A stretch of 64,000 nt of DNA from Octopus vulgaris (taxonomy: Eukaryota). The stretch covers positions 96,100,001 through 96,164,000 of the forward strand of contig OX597817.1 of assembly GCA_951406725.2 (NCBI GenBank), given 5' to 3'. Positions 30,740 through 44,975 of this stretch are shown one piece after another (position 1 is the first letter of the stretch; each line of letters starts with the position of its first letter). The notes under the pieces are model-generated. The model ran no database searches and was not told the DNA's origin. It saw only the letters and a program-made list of their open reading frames with translations. A program made the translations under genes and the position numbers.

Positions 30740-31530
30740 CCAGCTGTTCCTTCCTGATTGGTAGTGCTATTATAATCTTTTCCTTTAGGTCCTTATTTAG
30801 CTGGAACTGTATTTCTTATGTTGCTGTTTATCTTTTCTACTTCCTGGCGTTTCTTTTCCAGTTCTCTTGTAATCTCTTCCACCTCCAGTTCGCTTTTCCC
30901 ATCACTTTCATTATCGCAGGATCAACAGACATCAATGACATCAAAAAGCAACAACACAAACAAGAACACTGCCACCTCCACTATCACAACCAGTAGCAGA
31001 ACCATGCCCACTAACAACAACATCATTAACGAAAAAGACAAAGGAAACGAACCACACAAATCCACACCTTGCGAGTTCGATTTTGCGCAATTTGCAAAAC
31101 AAATAAGCGAAAACATTTTTATAAACGAAACTGAATTAAAAAGTGCTGAATATATGTGGGAGAAATGTGGTACTAAATATTCCTAGAACTGTCCACGAAG
31201 AAATTAGTTCGCGGACAGTTCTATATAAAACAATTGGAGTCAAAAGTAGAAAAGTAGGGCAGGCAATATACCAGCAAATTGAAAAATGCTTGGAGAAGCA
31301 AAACATATACAACCAGGGGAAAAAATTCGGAATTGTTGAACAGAAATTCGCCTCAGAGGAAGAAGAGGCCAAAAATCACTCAACAGTCACCCTAACGAAT
31401 GACGAACTCATCCTCATCCCCATCAAACTTGGTCAAAGACTAGTCAAAATTAGAATACTCAACATCCCACCAGAAATAAACATCTAGTTGCTGGCTGCGA
31501 TTCTCCTCGACATAAAAAAACCAACATTAG
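30740..31530 (+). pseudogene. Decayed ORF1/gag-like remnant, second copy
   Basis: GKKFGIVEQKF...KLGQRLVKIRILNIPPEI; similar to the 10600-10800 region. Confidence 0.45.
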
Positions 31531-32418
31531 ATCGATCTAATCGACTATCCCCCACCCCGCACACACACAAACATTTCGGGTCTTGTACCTAGAGTAGAAA
31601 AGAGTAATAGATTAAGCGGAATAAAAATTAAACGTGTATAAAATAAAGTACATTACTTTTATATATTTGGTGTGAAATATAATTCAACTCGTATGAACTA
31701 TATTAATCAATTATTAGTCATTTAATAGATTACTGTAAAGCAGAGTTTCTTCTTTTCTAGTAAAAAGAAATATGAGATCGACACTGGAAACAAAAGAAAA
31801 ATGTTAGCACATATGGAATGGGTTAATTATTAATTGGGCAAATTCACAGAATGAAAAGAAATTTTAACACATATATCTCATATTTTTTAGGAAAATAAAG
31901 TGAGCAAGCCACAGTTAAAAACATTTATTCTCCGAATCGGCGATCAAGAATTAAAATAACAAATGATGGCTCTGTCTAATAGTTATTGCATGACAGCTAC
32001 CATCTAAAAACAGTGCAATTTGATGATACGTTGGTTCGGTCAATATCAGTATTGCTAAAATAAAATTTTGGAAAGTTATTCCACATAATTTATTTCAAAA
32101 TTTCTGCCTTCACCAAACATCTCTACCACCATATAGCACAATAACCCAGTCAGTTCAAAACCATTAGTGTGTGGGAGGGCGTGTGTGTGCGTGTGTGTGT
32201 ACGTGCGTGTGTGTATGTGAATGAGTGTGCGCACGTGTATACATATATATTTGCGAGTACGTGTATGCGCGCGCGTTCACAGACACACACACATACGCAC
32301 ACACATACATACACGACATACACGCACGCTTACATACATATATACATATATATATATATGTATATATATATATGTGTGTGTATATATATATGTATATATA
32401 TATATGTGTGTGTGTGTG

Positions 32419-32892
32419 TAATTGTTAAAGAGGACAGCAAACATTAAGGCAAAACAAACATCTCAAGGACTTATGGACTAACATCTACACTATCGGAAAG
32501 TTGAACTGTGAACTTTAATGCTTCTTTTTTCTTCTTTTTCTTCATTTCTATATTCCTTTTCTCCTGTCCTCTGTCATCGTTTCATTAATCTGTACCCTTC
32601 ACATTTTCCCTTTTTGTCTCCGATGACGGAATATCCCATACTCATGGATATCCCAGAAACAGTTGTAAGACTTTGAATTTTACCAATAATAATAACGTTT
32701 ATGACTCGAGATGTTTTCCTGCCTTAACGCTTGTTGTCCTCTTTAACAATTATATATCCGACATATCGGAAGTCTACAATGGTTCCATAAATACCGTCTC
32801 AACTATGACCTTGGAGTCCTGGTAATCCGTTACAGTACTTACCCAGCGTACCTAGTCGTTTAGATCACCTGTGAACTAAACCCCATACTTTA
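32419..32892 (+). mobile_element. HH-A fold-back element with hammerhead-like motif (32616-32671)
   Basis: 32419-32470 is inverted at 32700-32752; gtct CCGATGA ... GAAA cagttg TA agac has one core substitution; the tail matches 812-950. Confidence 0.75.
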
Positions 32893-34104
32893 TATATATA
32901 TATATATAAAGGATATATATTATTTTGAAAAATAATTGGTCGAATAAGAGTATATATATACAATTGCTTTTCTTCAAACATGCTCACATCCAGAATCACT
33001 TGCGCTGCATTCCGACCATTATATACTTATCACTGGAATCACAGCTGTTACAAACTACTTGAATATGTATTATATATTTAAAAACAAATGTTGAGTATCC
33101 CAAGTTCATAGTTCTCAAAAAAATTAAAATGGCAACTTCAACATTCACACATCTATCTCTATGCAGTCATACCGGAAATGTGTAGAGAAAATCAAATCAA
33201 CTAAACTACAAACATATTTATCATATTTTCAGATTTGCTGCACTAAATAAACTCTGAATATTCAACCAATTAGCCTCCATTTAAAACAGTTATTGCATAT
33301 TAATCACAGCTAGCCCCATCCAACAAATACAATTTAAAAAAATTTTTAAACCGTCATTTTCCATAAATTGATATTCTACTAAAAAACCTTCCGCCCATTT
33401 CAATCAGAAAATTCGCGAAATTGTCCATTAGAAATCACTACAGACTAATTTTACTCAAAGTCGATTTTAGTAAAAATGTATAAATAGAAATTTGTAAAAT
33501 TATTGCTAATGCCATTTGAAAGCCACACAAAGGACGCTATTATTTCTAGACAATTTTTGGATATTTCTTTCTTCTTGTCTTATATCAACTACTAATTCAA
33601 ATTCCAAAGGAAAACAGTAAGAAGAATTCATAACTTTCAATGACACCAGAAAAATTTCTCCCGACAAAGCAGGCTTCATACACGTACACTGTGTTAACAA
33701 ATGTATGATTGTGTATGTGAGTAGATGTGGATGGAAGTGCACGCGTGTGTGTTTATAAGTGCGTGAGTGTGTGCGTGTGTTTCTTCATGTATATATATGT
33801 GCGCGTGCGTTCGTGTGTGTGTGTGTGTGTGTGCACGCGCGCGCTTATATTTTTTAAAATTTAAATGTGCTGCAGATTGTGATATTTATTTTACTACGTA
33901 ACTGGTAACTTGACGTCAATTGTTCAATGGTGAACACATATTTTGAGAAGTATATTAGTTGACTTGAACTCAAGGTCCATAGGATTGGTCCATCCAGTTA
34001 TCGGGCTGTTGCTGATACATTCCGGTGTTGGCACGTGGTGGAGCATCCATAATTAATCTTTGACCGCTACTACCATGTTGATAACTCTGCAAAAGACATG
34101 TTAA

Positions 34105-34165
<61 letters not shown>

Positions 34166-34218
34166 GTATATGTATGTATATATATGTGTATATATATGTA
34201 TATGTATATATATATATA

Positions 34219-34257
<39 letters not shown>

Positions 34258-34613
34258 ATTTATTTTTATGAATATTTAGAAGGAATAGAATGACTCTGGG
34301 GTCGAGAGTTTCGTGCGTTCCCTATACTTGTATTTATACTGTATACAAAAACGACTGGATAGTTTAAAACATCACGATACGCATTTCAGTAACTTGGTCT
34401 AATTCGAATATAAATCCATTGCATAATTTATTAGGTACGTAAATTCGTAATTTTATCCATCGCCATTTCATTCTGCTCAGTATTTGGGTAAAAATGTGAT
34501 AAATCCATGAAGAAAGCGAATATTAATCAGAAACAAAATGCAACAAGGCAACGAGGGTTGAAAATATATTTAGGTGACTAATGAAACAGCTCGATTCTGA
34601 ATGTATTACAAGC

Positions 34614-34723
<110 letters not shown>

Positions 34724-35589
34724 TACACACGCAAACACACACACACAGATGTGTGTGCGGGTACGCACGTGTGTGTGCGACTCGTTATTTGCGCCGAGCA
34801 CAGTGAGATCTGAAACGATTATTCGCGCAAGCTGATTTAGAGGCAAAATATAAGCTGTAGTGTGGATCATAAGAGAATAGCTTCCCCCTATTACGACGAC
34901 ACACAGACTCAACACACTCGGTTCACTGGACGATATACATACATGCATGCGAACGTAGGTACATACATACATACATGCATACATACACACACACACACAC
35001 ACTGGGTCAGACTTAGTAGTTACAGTGTTTTGAGTAGTGTAGAACCACCTTCGATAAGAAGGTGAATTCGTATAGAAAACCTGAACTCCAGTTGGTTTCT
35101 GGACATTTCAACCTCTGATGTGTCACTGGTCTTAGAACTGATAGCCGTATGAAGTGGGATCAGTGCTGTGCAACACTTTATCCACCCAAAAGAAATTCAC
35201 GCTTGCTTGGATTTACTGAGTTTAGGAAGTGATCTTATTCGGTCAGGAGTTGACTTCCATCATGTATGTACGTATGTATGTATGTATGTATGTATGTATG
35301 TATGTATGTATGTATGTATGTATGTATGTATGTATGCATGCATATATGTATTGATGGATGGAGGGATGGATGGATAGATGGATAGATGGGTTCGTGTTGT
35401 GCTTGTCCTCCATCACTGCCTAACAACCGATGTTGATTTGTTTACGTTCCCGTAACTTAGTAGTTCGGCTAAAGAAACTAATAAAATAAATACAAGATTT
35501 AAAAAGTACTCGGGTCGTTTTGTTCAATTGAGTCCTTGTTCGACTGAGACGGTACCTCAGTATGTATGCAGTTCAATGACTGAAATAAG

Positions 35590-36400
35590 TAAACTCTAAC
35601 ACTTCTATCAACTTCCACCACTCTCTTACCACTTCCATCTACTATAAACTCACACACTTATCTCAAGTTCTTCTCCTTCCACCCTACCCACACCAAACTG
35701 TCCATACCTTACTCTCAGTTCTTCTGTCTTCGCCGACTCTGTAATGACAACCATGACTTCAGGACACAGTCCCAACTCATGATTCGCCATTTCACTGAAT
35801 GAGCATAGCCCACCACCGTCATCCAAATAGCTCTTACCGGCATCGATCTGTTGACGGTGCATCCACTCTTTCTCCCGCACCTTCCCCACTTTTATCCACC
35901 TCCCTTTCCCTTTAATTTCCCACCACTCAACCCTACTCCTCCAACGCACTGTTTTAAGTGCTTTCTGCCAATTCCTTTGTAACCCCTCCACCTTCCAAAT
36001 CTTCTTCAACCCAACCTTCCTCTCCTTGAGACACGCCTGTAACATATATGACCTTCTGGTCTGCGGCTGCTTTCCCACACCAGGTACTCAAAGTAGCTCC
36101 TTCTCATGTCCTCGCCCACACTGTTGCACCGCCCCTTCCTCTCCAATACTACTATCCCCTACCACATCACCGACTCATTCACCTGCACTTCCAGAAATTT
36201 AGCCAACTGCACCCTCTGTTATCTATCTTCCACTTTTTCTCTCCCTTTCTCTCTCTCTCTCTCTCTCTCACTCTCTCTCCGTCACTTTCTGTACATTGGT
36301 CAAACTGGCCGGCGTTTGGCTGAGCGGTTTGCCGAACATCTTCGGTAATGACATCCCAGTTTCGCGCCACTTCCACTCGACGGACCATCTGCCACCCCTA
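35590..36400 (+). mobile_element. Penelope-like element remnant (GIY-YIG endonuclease)
   Basis: FTCTSRNL..CTLC...LYIGQTGRRLAERFAEHLR, interrupted by a (CT)n tract. Confidence 0.8.
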
Positions 36401-36654
36401 TTCTACCGGACACATCCAGAATACTCACACACATTAACTCCATACAGATGCACTCTATCCAACAGACCCATATACATGCCAACTGAAAGCAGAAACATAC
36501 ACATGCGCACATATGCATACAAACACGCATAAACACACACAATATTCACGCATAAGCACACAATATATTCACACAATAGCATCACACACACGTACCTGTA
36601 CACATACATCTGAAAGCCTCAAATACACACAATTGATAGCCTTATACACATACG

Positions 36655-37130
36655 TTAGACAGCCTCATAAGGCTATAGAGGAGGCTTGCCCAAAGTGCTA
36701 CGCAGTGGAACTCTACCCAGAATCATGTGTTTAGGAAGCAAACTTCTTACCACACAGCCACATCACAATATTTTTATCTTGTATTTGTGTCAGTCATTAG
36801 ACTGCAGCCATGGTTTAGTCGAAGAAATCGACCCCAGTACTTTTTTTTTCTAGTACTTTTTCTATCGTACCATTTTACTGAACAGCTAAGTTACGGAGAC
36901 ATAAGCAAGCCATCGCCGGTTATCAAATGGTAGTGGAAAAGAAACAAAAATAAACACACAAACACACACACACACATATGTACACATATATACAACAGGC
37001 TTCTTTTCATTTCCGTCAACCAAATTCACTCACAAGGTTTGGTCGGCTCGGGACTTATATAGAAGACACTTGCCCAAGATGACATGCAGTAGGACAGAAC
37101 TCGGAATTATGTGGTTGGGAAACAGACTTC
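36655..37130 (-). mobile_element. Bipartite SINE copies (decayed)
   Basis: Reverse complement of the 11765-12235 family. Confidence 0.65.
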
Positions 37131-37266
37131 ACAAGGTATGTTTAACAGGAACTTTAAGCAGATATAAACAATAGAATCAATCTAAAGAGAATATCAATGA
37201 GATTTGCAGTCTATAGAGAAGTAAGGGGTAACGCTATAAAAATACGAAGGAAGAGAATACTTTATT

Positions 37267-38131
37267 TACATTGAGTCAAAAGATTTGCAATATTTTGGTA
37301 ACTTACTCGTTTTATTCGTCAAGTTACAACAAGAGCGACTTAGCATTCGAAGCAGAGACCATCGTGTTGCACTATCTGATGCCACCTTTCTCCAGTTTTA
37401 TGATCCCACGCTGATACAAGTTCTTGCCATTCGAGTTGAACAACTCCTTCACAGAAGCTTCCATCTCTTCTTGGTTCATGATGTGTCGCGAGCGCAGGAA
37501 GTGAGCCATGGATCGGAACAAGTAATAATCCAAAAGACCTAGGTTCAGACTATATGTTGTATTGAATATGACATCCGTTTGGTGCTCTCAAGTTCCTGGA
37601 GTTTATTCCGGGTCATTCGAACGGTATGAGGGATCTTATTGTCTTCCTTCAGAAGAGAGCACTTTCTGTTAAGCAATACCAGGTGTGTTTGCCGCACAAT
37701 GGCATACGTCCGCTTCAGCTCTTCGGAGTAACAGATTGACATCGCTAGTTTGGCCATCCAGAACGAAGTCGTAGTTAATCATCTCCTCATAAATTCCACC
37801 AGGAGCAGAGCATCACTCTGTGTTCGAAACAAGTTCCTGAAGCTGGCCTTTGCTTAAATAACCATTGCTTAAATATCTCCCTCGGATTATTACGTGTTCC
37901 GACCCATGGCTCACTTCCTGCACTCGCGACCAAGAATAAGTGAAAGATTCAAGGAAGAGTTCTTCGCCTCGAATGGGAAAACTTGCTATCAGCAATGTCA
38001 AAGGGCATAAAGGTGGTTTTAGACGGTGCAACACGATGACCTCTACTCTGAATGCTAGGCCGCTTTTGTTGCATCTTGACGAATAAAGGAAATAAGTCAC
38101 CAAAATATTGTATAACTTTTGATTCAAAGTA
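37267..38131. mobile_element. Mariner-derived element with long inverted arms
   Basis: ~260-bp arms both encode the transposase C-terminus (DYYLFRSMAHFLRSR-like); TA ends. Confidence 0.75.
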
Positions 38132-38644
38132 ATAATTAAAATATAGATAATTATATAATTAATTCAAACACTTTTCAGGTAAGGATAATTATATGTGACG
38201 ACGTACAAGAATTATCGTCCGTTGAAATAATTATCAGTAGTCGGTAATTTTGTGCTCTACATATTAAATTGAAATGAAACTTAAAAAGAGATAATTGAAT
38301 AATAAAACAAAAGAATTATAAAATTACAGATCTTTACAGGTAGATAAAAAATTACATTATATCGTACTTATTTACCTAAAAGAGAAATATGTTACGTTCA
38401 AAATTTTAATTATTATTATTATTATTATTTATAAAACTTTGCAAAATTGAGACTTAACGATAATTAATCATTAATATTCAATATTATAAAAACTTAATCT
38501 TACTACTACCATATCACATATCAGTCGTATTATATTAAACATTAAGATTCGAACTATTGCATAATAAAGGTTGAAATGGTTGGTGTAAGAAATACTCCAA
38601 TATTTTAATTATCTTTTGGTACAACAATTACTACAGGAATACTC

Positions 38645-39339
38645 GGATCTCTTCAGTTTCGCTCACAGATTATTTAATTAATTTTCTTTAACTAAACAGT
38701 TTGAAACTTCGTATACTGGTGTAAGTTATCACGCTGATCATGGTTTACTTTCAACATACTTGACAAAATTTCGTATTTTAGAAGTTATTTCGTGTTGTAG
38801 TTGGGTAATTTTAACTAATCAACGACTTGTATTCAGCTAAAGAAAGCTACTGCTGATTGCAATAATAATCGAAGAGCAAACATTTCGGGGTTGCCTCTAC
38901 TAAATGTCACCACTCTGTTCTATTTCATTTTTGTTTACTGCTTGTGTTGCATATTTTTTGGTCTCTTTTTTTGCTTTTCGATCGCAAATGTACAAAGAGG
39001 ATATCGAAAAGCAAACAAACCGTGTAGTATGCAACACAGACAGTAAACGAAAATAAAATAGAACAGAGTGGTGACATTTAGTAGAGATGACCCGGAAGTT
39101 GTTGCTCTTCGATTACTATCGCAAACAGCAGTAGCTTTCTTCAGCTGAATGCACGTCGTTGATTGGTTAAAATTGCCCAAATACGACAACTTTAACACGA
39201 AATAACTTCTAAAATACGAAATTTTGTCAAAAAATGTTGAAAGTAAACCGTGTTCAGCGTGAGAAATTACACCAGTATGCAAAGTTTCAAACTGTTTAGT
39301 TAAAAAAAAATTAATCTATGAGCGAAACTGAGGAGATCC
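38645..39339. mobile_element. Fold-back MITE, probably Merlin superfamily
   Basis: GGATC...GATCC termini, ~300-bp inverted arms and an 8-bp target duplication gaatactc/taatactc. Confidence 0.8.
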
Positions 39340-39764
39340 TAATACTCCAACCATAATAATTATTTCGTTTGGTTGCATATGTAGGAGCATCTGAAACTCA
39401 GTTTCTCAAACTTATTAACAACGTTCTTCTACATCGCAACATCTCTAGAATTTCCACCAAAGTTTTGACATGGTATATCTTACAATAAACCAGGAAATTG
39501 TGTAATTAATCCCTACCTTTTTGAAATTTGTAGACAAGATTTGAGGTTACAACGGCGCATTTATAAGCAATATTCTTAGATTTATTATTCAGTGGATATT
39601 CCGTCGGTTTAATGAAGTTATACATTTCTTCATTCATTGATAGCATGTTAAAAGCTAGTGTGTGTGTGTGAGAGAGAATTGTGTGCGTGCGCGCGCGTAT
39701 ATATGTACTTGGTTGTTGCATTTAGTTAACAAGATTCTTAATGTGATTCATATACTGAAACAAA

Positions 39765-41048
39765 ATCTTGTATTGGCAAGGTCATTACGCCAATAATAAT
39801 AACACCTGCACTAGTTCAATATCATTCCTTTATTGTTAGACAATTGGCTAAATATCTAACCAACTAAATAATGTTTTGTTTGTGTAATATACTGGTTAAA
39901 TAATCAATCAGTTGTTTATTTGCCAAAGTCCTTTTACTGCTATTCGTGAACTTTTCAGAAACTTACTTCCCTCTTCGTGGTCTGCTCTGAATGTGTCCGA
40001 GCATTGGTCTAATGCCTGTGTGTACGTATGCTTGCATATGTCTATGTAGATATATGCTAGCTTAAAAGACGAGCTAAGTATGAAAGTAAACGAATAGTGT
40101 CTGTGTGTGCATGTGCATGCACCTGCATGTGTGTACGTGTACATGTGCGCGCATGTGCATGTGTCTGCGTTTGTGTGTGTACACTTGCATAACTGCTTGT
40201 ATGTGTGGAGGGGAACGAGCGCGCGCACACACACACGCATACTCACATGAACATATTCAAGCATGCACCCGCGCGCACACAGACACACACACATGCACAC
40301 GTAAACATACACACATACAGAAAGCAAGGATACACATCCACACACAACACACGTACACATGTACACGTACACACAGGCACGTAGGCATACAATGGCATAC
40401 ATACGCACACACCCACATATATGCACAGGCACACGCGCACATAAGTGCACACACACGCGTACGCAGGAACACATGCGCGCACACACGAGACCGCACACGC
40501 GCAAGCATACGCATAGACGCTTACCTATTCAAAAATGTCACATAACCGCATGCACACATATACTGGAATATACTCACATAAGCAAACACATTCACACACA
40601 CATACGAATATACACATCTATAGAACCGATTCAAGGTCACGAACACACAAACTAGACCACACACACACAACCGCGCACGCGCAGGTACCCCTACGCACAT
40701 CTACCCTATTTTCCTCTCACACAAACATGCAAACACACAAACATACACATCCATGCACGCACAAATACATACAGACAAACTCTTCGTTTAATTTCCACCT
40801 TTATCTCCTCTTCTAAGCAAACACACCTCTACAGACACACGTACAAGCATACATACACACAGGTATAGGACCAATACTCGGGTGAACTCAGAACAGACCA
40901 AAGACTATGACTAGCAAAACACCGATTGATTGTTCAACCAACATATCAAACAAACGATCGATTATTTAGTTGCTTAACAATAAAGGAGTGATAAGGAATC
41001 AGCGTTTATGCTATTATTATTGGCGTAATTATCTGCCCAAGACACAAC
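39765..41048. mobile_element. Old large fold-back element enclosing a (CA/TG)-rich core
   Basis: 39781-39918 is inverted at 40916-41035; 39978-40034 is inverted at 40844-40900. Confidence 0.6.
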
Positions 41049-41062
41049 AATATATATATATA

Positions 41063-41440
41063 TATATTACAATTAATAAGAGGAATGACCACTAAAGTGG
41101 ATTCCTATACGCTAGAGATAGACGTCAAATCGCCTTACCACAAAGAATATGCTCTCAAGAAAAAAAACCCACCAAACGCCAAAATGTAAAAAATAATTTT
41201 TTACATTTTTTTTTTCCATTTTGGCATTTGGTGGTTTTTTTCTTGAGAACACACTCTTTGTGGTAAGGCGATTTGACATCTATCTCTAGCGTATAGGAAT
41301 CCACTTTAGTGGTCATTCCTCTTATTAATTGTAATATAATTTCAAATCTTCGGATTTTTTTTAATATGATAGACCACTGGTTTAAATTGATGTTAATTGA
41401 TTGATATCAATTTCTACCCTCATTATTTTAATTTATATAT
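41063..41440 (+). mobile_element. Young fold-back element with tail in (TA)n
   Basis: Near-perfect ~130-bp inverted arms 41063-41190 / ~41205-41338, then a ~100-nt tail. Confidence 0.8.
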
Positions 41441-41489
41441 ATATATAATACTGGTTTCAAATTTTGGCACAATGCCAGATATACACACG

Positions 41490-42300
41490 CGCGCGTGACA
41501 CCCCATAAAATATTGTTTTATACTTATTTTAACTTCAAATGGTTTATATTTTTCTATTTATTGACATTTTTATGTTTCCGGTTCTATCTGTGACTGTGTA
41601 ATCATGTCACGTACAAAAGAAGCCTTGAAACTATACGAATTTCGAAGAGGTCGTATCGTGGGTCATTCTGAAAGTGTACTTCAGCGTAAAATCGCAAAAA
41701 ACCTCTACAGTTAATAAAGTGATTGTGCAATTCACCAGAGAGGGAAAGGAGTCCACATGACGTCGACAAGGAGCCTCTGCCAGGACCCTTCGCTTTGTTA
41801 CGTGAAGTGTGGAAGGGCTCTAACATAGCAGAACAAGTTGATGTCAGTCCCAGAACAGCTATCAGGTATCTCCACAAACTTGGCTACTATGGCAGAGCAG
41901 CATGAAGGAAGCCACTTCTTCGACCAGAAAAGATTGGGCCAGTGAGATAGTGGAGTAACCACTAGCATTTTGAGACACTGACATATTCTCTGATGAGTCC
42001 AGATTTGCTGTATTTTCTAACAGTGGTCGAGTGTGGGTCCGGAGACTCTGTGATCAAGAATTTGACATGAAAACATTGCTGCCAACAATGAAACATGGTG
42101 GTTATTATGTGATGGTCTGGGGAGTAATTTGTGGCAATGGTCGATCAGAGCTGATGAAGTGTGAGAGAAACATAAGCTCAGATATATATGTGTCCAAATT
42201 GCAGAAAGGACTCCTAATTTTCTCCAGTGGTGAAATGATTAAAGGAGACTCTTTATTTATGGAATGGGGCTCCTTGTCATATGGCTAAAAAGACCCAAAA
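41490..42300 (+). mobile_element. Tc1-like transposon remnant
   Basis: HKLGYYGRAA*RKPLL, IFSDESRF and PTMKHGG..VMVWG. Confidence 0.85.
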
Positions 42301-42499
42301 TTAGTTGGACCATACGTCACTCACGTTCCTTCCAAGTACTAGTGTAAACACCGGGAGTGAGCTAGAACGTTAAAACTTAGCGCGCATGCACAGTAGAGTT
42401 CAAGGTCAATCTGTCAAAGTCAATCGGCTTTCCTCAGCGTGCTTTAGTTACCATGTCAACAGTCCGGATACTTATTGATCAGACCATATTATATATATA

Positions 42500-42876
42500 T
42501 CCTCTTTCTAGCAAGCAGGCGTCTCGTGTGTCCTCAATTATAATGATAAAGTGGCCAGCAAACATAATCCAAATATGCAAAATATATAAAATGTCAGGGA
42601 GCAATATGCATCTGTTTGCTTGAAAGAGTAATTAAAATCCTCCAAAACCACGCATCTCACAATACGCACAGAAAATATAGCAAATATATTTCTCCGAAAC
42701 AGTCCTCCCACTTGCATAATACAAAAAGGAACATAGACAAATGGGAGGACTGTTTGGGAGAAATATATTTGTTATATTCTCCGTGCGTGTTTAAATATTG
42801 TGAGAGATGCGTGGTTTGGGAGGATTTTAACTCCTCTTTCAAGCAAACAGGTACATATTGTACTCTGACTTTATAT
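42500..42876 (-). mobile_element. Fold-back element with tail between microsatellites
   Basis: 42584-42713 is inverted at 42738-42876; unique flank at 42500-42583. Confidence 0.75.
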
Positions 42877-42880
42877 GTAT

Positions 42881-42937
<57 letters not shown>

Positions 42938-42954
42938 GGGAGAGAGAGAGAGAG

Positions 42955-43756
42955 GGGGGGGTGCGATGGGTAAATTGTTACGATTTTACATTTTTAATTT
43001 TGTGCATACGCAGTTTGCTTTTTAGTTTATCGATTACACAGTATAGTAAGGTCAGTTGGGCACCATCTGTGAGAAAAACAGCACCTATGCTGCAATTCAC
43101 TCTGCCAGAAATTTGGAAACATCATGCTGTACTGCTTGGCATTCGAACTGGAAGCTACAATACGAACATTTCGGAGTGTTTGGGTGTCAACCTGAGGACA
43201 GTGCAATGTGAGGACACGTACCGAGAGTGATAAAAATCAAACATTCAGTCAACATCATGGTGTTTTGAGTGATCATTAGTGATGGAGACGTTATGATTCC
43301 ATTCATCTTCCCACACAGCCTCAGACTCAACACAGAGGCCTACATCAAGTGCCTGGAGGACGTAGTGCTGCTCTGGGTCAAGAGGGTAGCTGTCAGACAA
43401 TTTCTGCGACCACATCACCCCTAACATCTGGCCACCTAACTCCCAGACTGCAACCTCCTTGATCTTGATTATTATATGTAGGGTACAGATGATGTTACAA
43501 CAGAACTTGTAGCACCAAAGATGAACTGAAGGCGAAGATTATAGCAGCATTCACCAACATAAACAAGGAGACCGTCAAGAAGAGTAACAGGACATTCTGA
43601 AGTCGTCTGGCGATTTTTATTGGATAAATTTACTCGTTAGTAAATTTTAGTAATTTTTTTAAATAGTAATTTTGTTAAATATATCTGTTAAAATGAGATG
43701 TCTGTTACTTTCATTTTTGCGTAATTTAGACGACGGTTTATTTACCGCACTCTGTG

Positions 43757-43757
<1 letters not shown>
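42955..43757 (+). mobile_element. Tc1/mariner-type remnant
   Basis: IWPPNSPDCN-like motif; gtgcgatgggtaaat / atttaccgcac-like ends. Confidence 0.65.
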
Positions 43758-43801
<44 letters not shown>

Positions 43802-43803
<2 letters not shown>

Positions 43804-44111
43804 AGGCGCAATGGCTCAGTGGTTAGGGCAGCGGACTCGCGGTCGTAGGATCGCGGTTTCGATTCCCAGACCGGGCGTTGTGAGTGTTTATTGAGGGAAA
43901 ACACCTAAAGCTCCATTAGGCTCCAGCAGGGGGTAGTAGTGATCCTTGGTGTACTCTTTCGCCACAACTTTCTCTCACTCATTCTTCTGTTGTCCTGCTC
44001 GCTTAGCCATCGGGGTGGCGTCATTTGAAGGCTAAAACAATGCGAAGCGCATTGTGACCAGCGATGTGTAGCAGCATCTGATAGCCTGGTCGGTCACGGT
44101 GATCACGGTGA
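43802..44111 (+). mobile_element. Young tRNA-derived SINE
   Basis: A box tggctcagtgg and B box ggtttcgattcc; ends in a cacggtgat repeat. Confidence 0.85.
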
Positions 44112-44161
<50 letters not shown>

Positions 44162-44226
44162 TATATCTATGCATACATAGATACATATATATATATATAT
44201 ATAGACATATATCTATGCATACATAG

Positions 44227-44265
<39 letters not shown>

Positions 44266-44975
44266 TATACATATATATATACACACACACATATATATAT
44301 ATATTGATAAAAATGGTAAGACAACAAAAGAATGAAAGAGACCTCGATATTATGTAAATAGAGGAATTTATCTGTAAATGTAATATGTGACAATTATTCG
44401 GTAGCCATGATAAAACTCCGTGATATATATATAGTATAGTTCTGTTCGTTCGGTCACACATTACGTGTGAGAGGGAGAGAGGGGGAGAGGAGAAAGAGAT
44501 AGAGGAGAGGGAGATAGAGGAGAGAGAGAGGGGAGAGGAGAGAGTGATAAAGGAGAGAGAGTGTGAGAGTGAGAGAGAGGGAGTGAGTGAGAGAGAGAAA
44601 TGTAAAGCGTTTAGCTGAGGGAAATTTTATAATCATATAATACATTATTGTGACTGCTTTCAGTCACAATAATGAAATAACTTAGCAAAATAGCCGTGGA
44701 TGTTATCTTTTTTAATTTGCAATGGAATTGAAACTAATAAGTAAATAAAAAATATGCATATTCTCTATATCATTTTGTGTATATATTATTTGCATATGAT
44801 GTAAAGTAATTATGATAAAATATTGTGCAATAAAGAATATTCAATTATATATTGATCTTGAAATTTCAATAGAGTTAAATGCTAACGAATGATATGTGTA
44901 TTGAGTATTGTATAGATTGTTATTGTACGTCTTTCTATCATTTATTGCGCAGGCAACAATAAGATTTATAAGCAA

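Noticed and set aside
33506-33742. Possible host exon ORFs (also 54828-55058)
   Set aside because: No recognisable domain or convincing pair of splice sites.
43802-43876. tRNA gene
   Set aside because: The tRNA-like head runs into a SINE body and tail; there is no clean cloverleaf or terminator.
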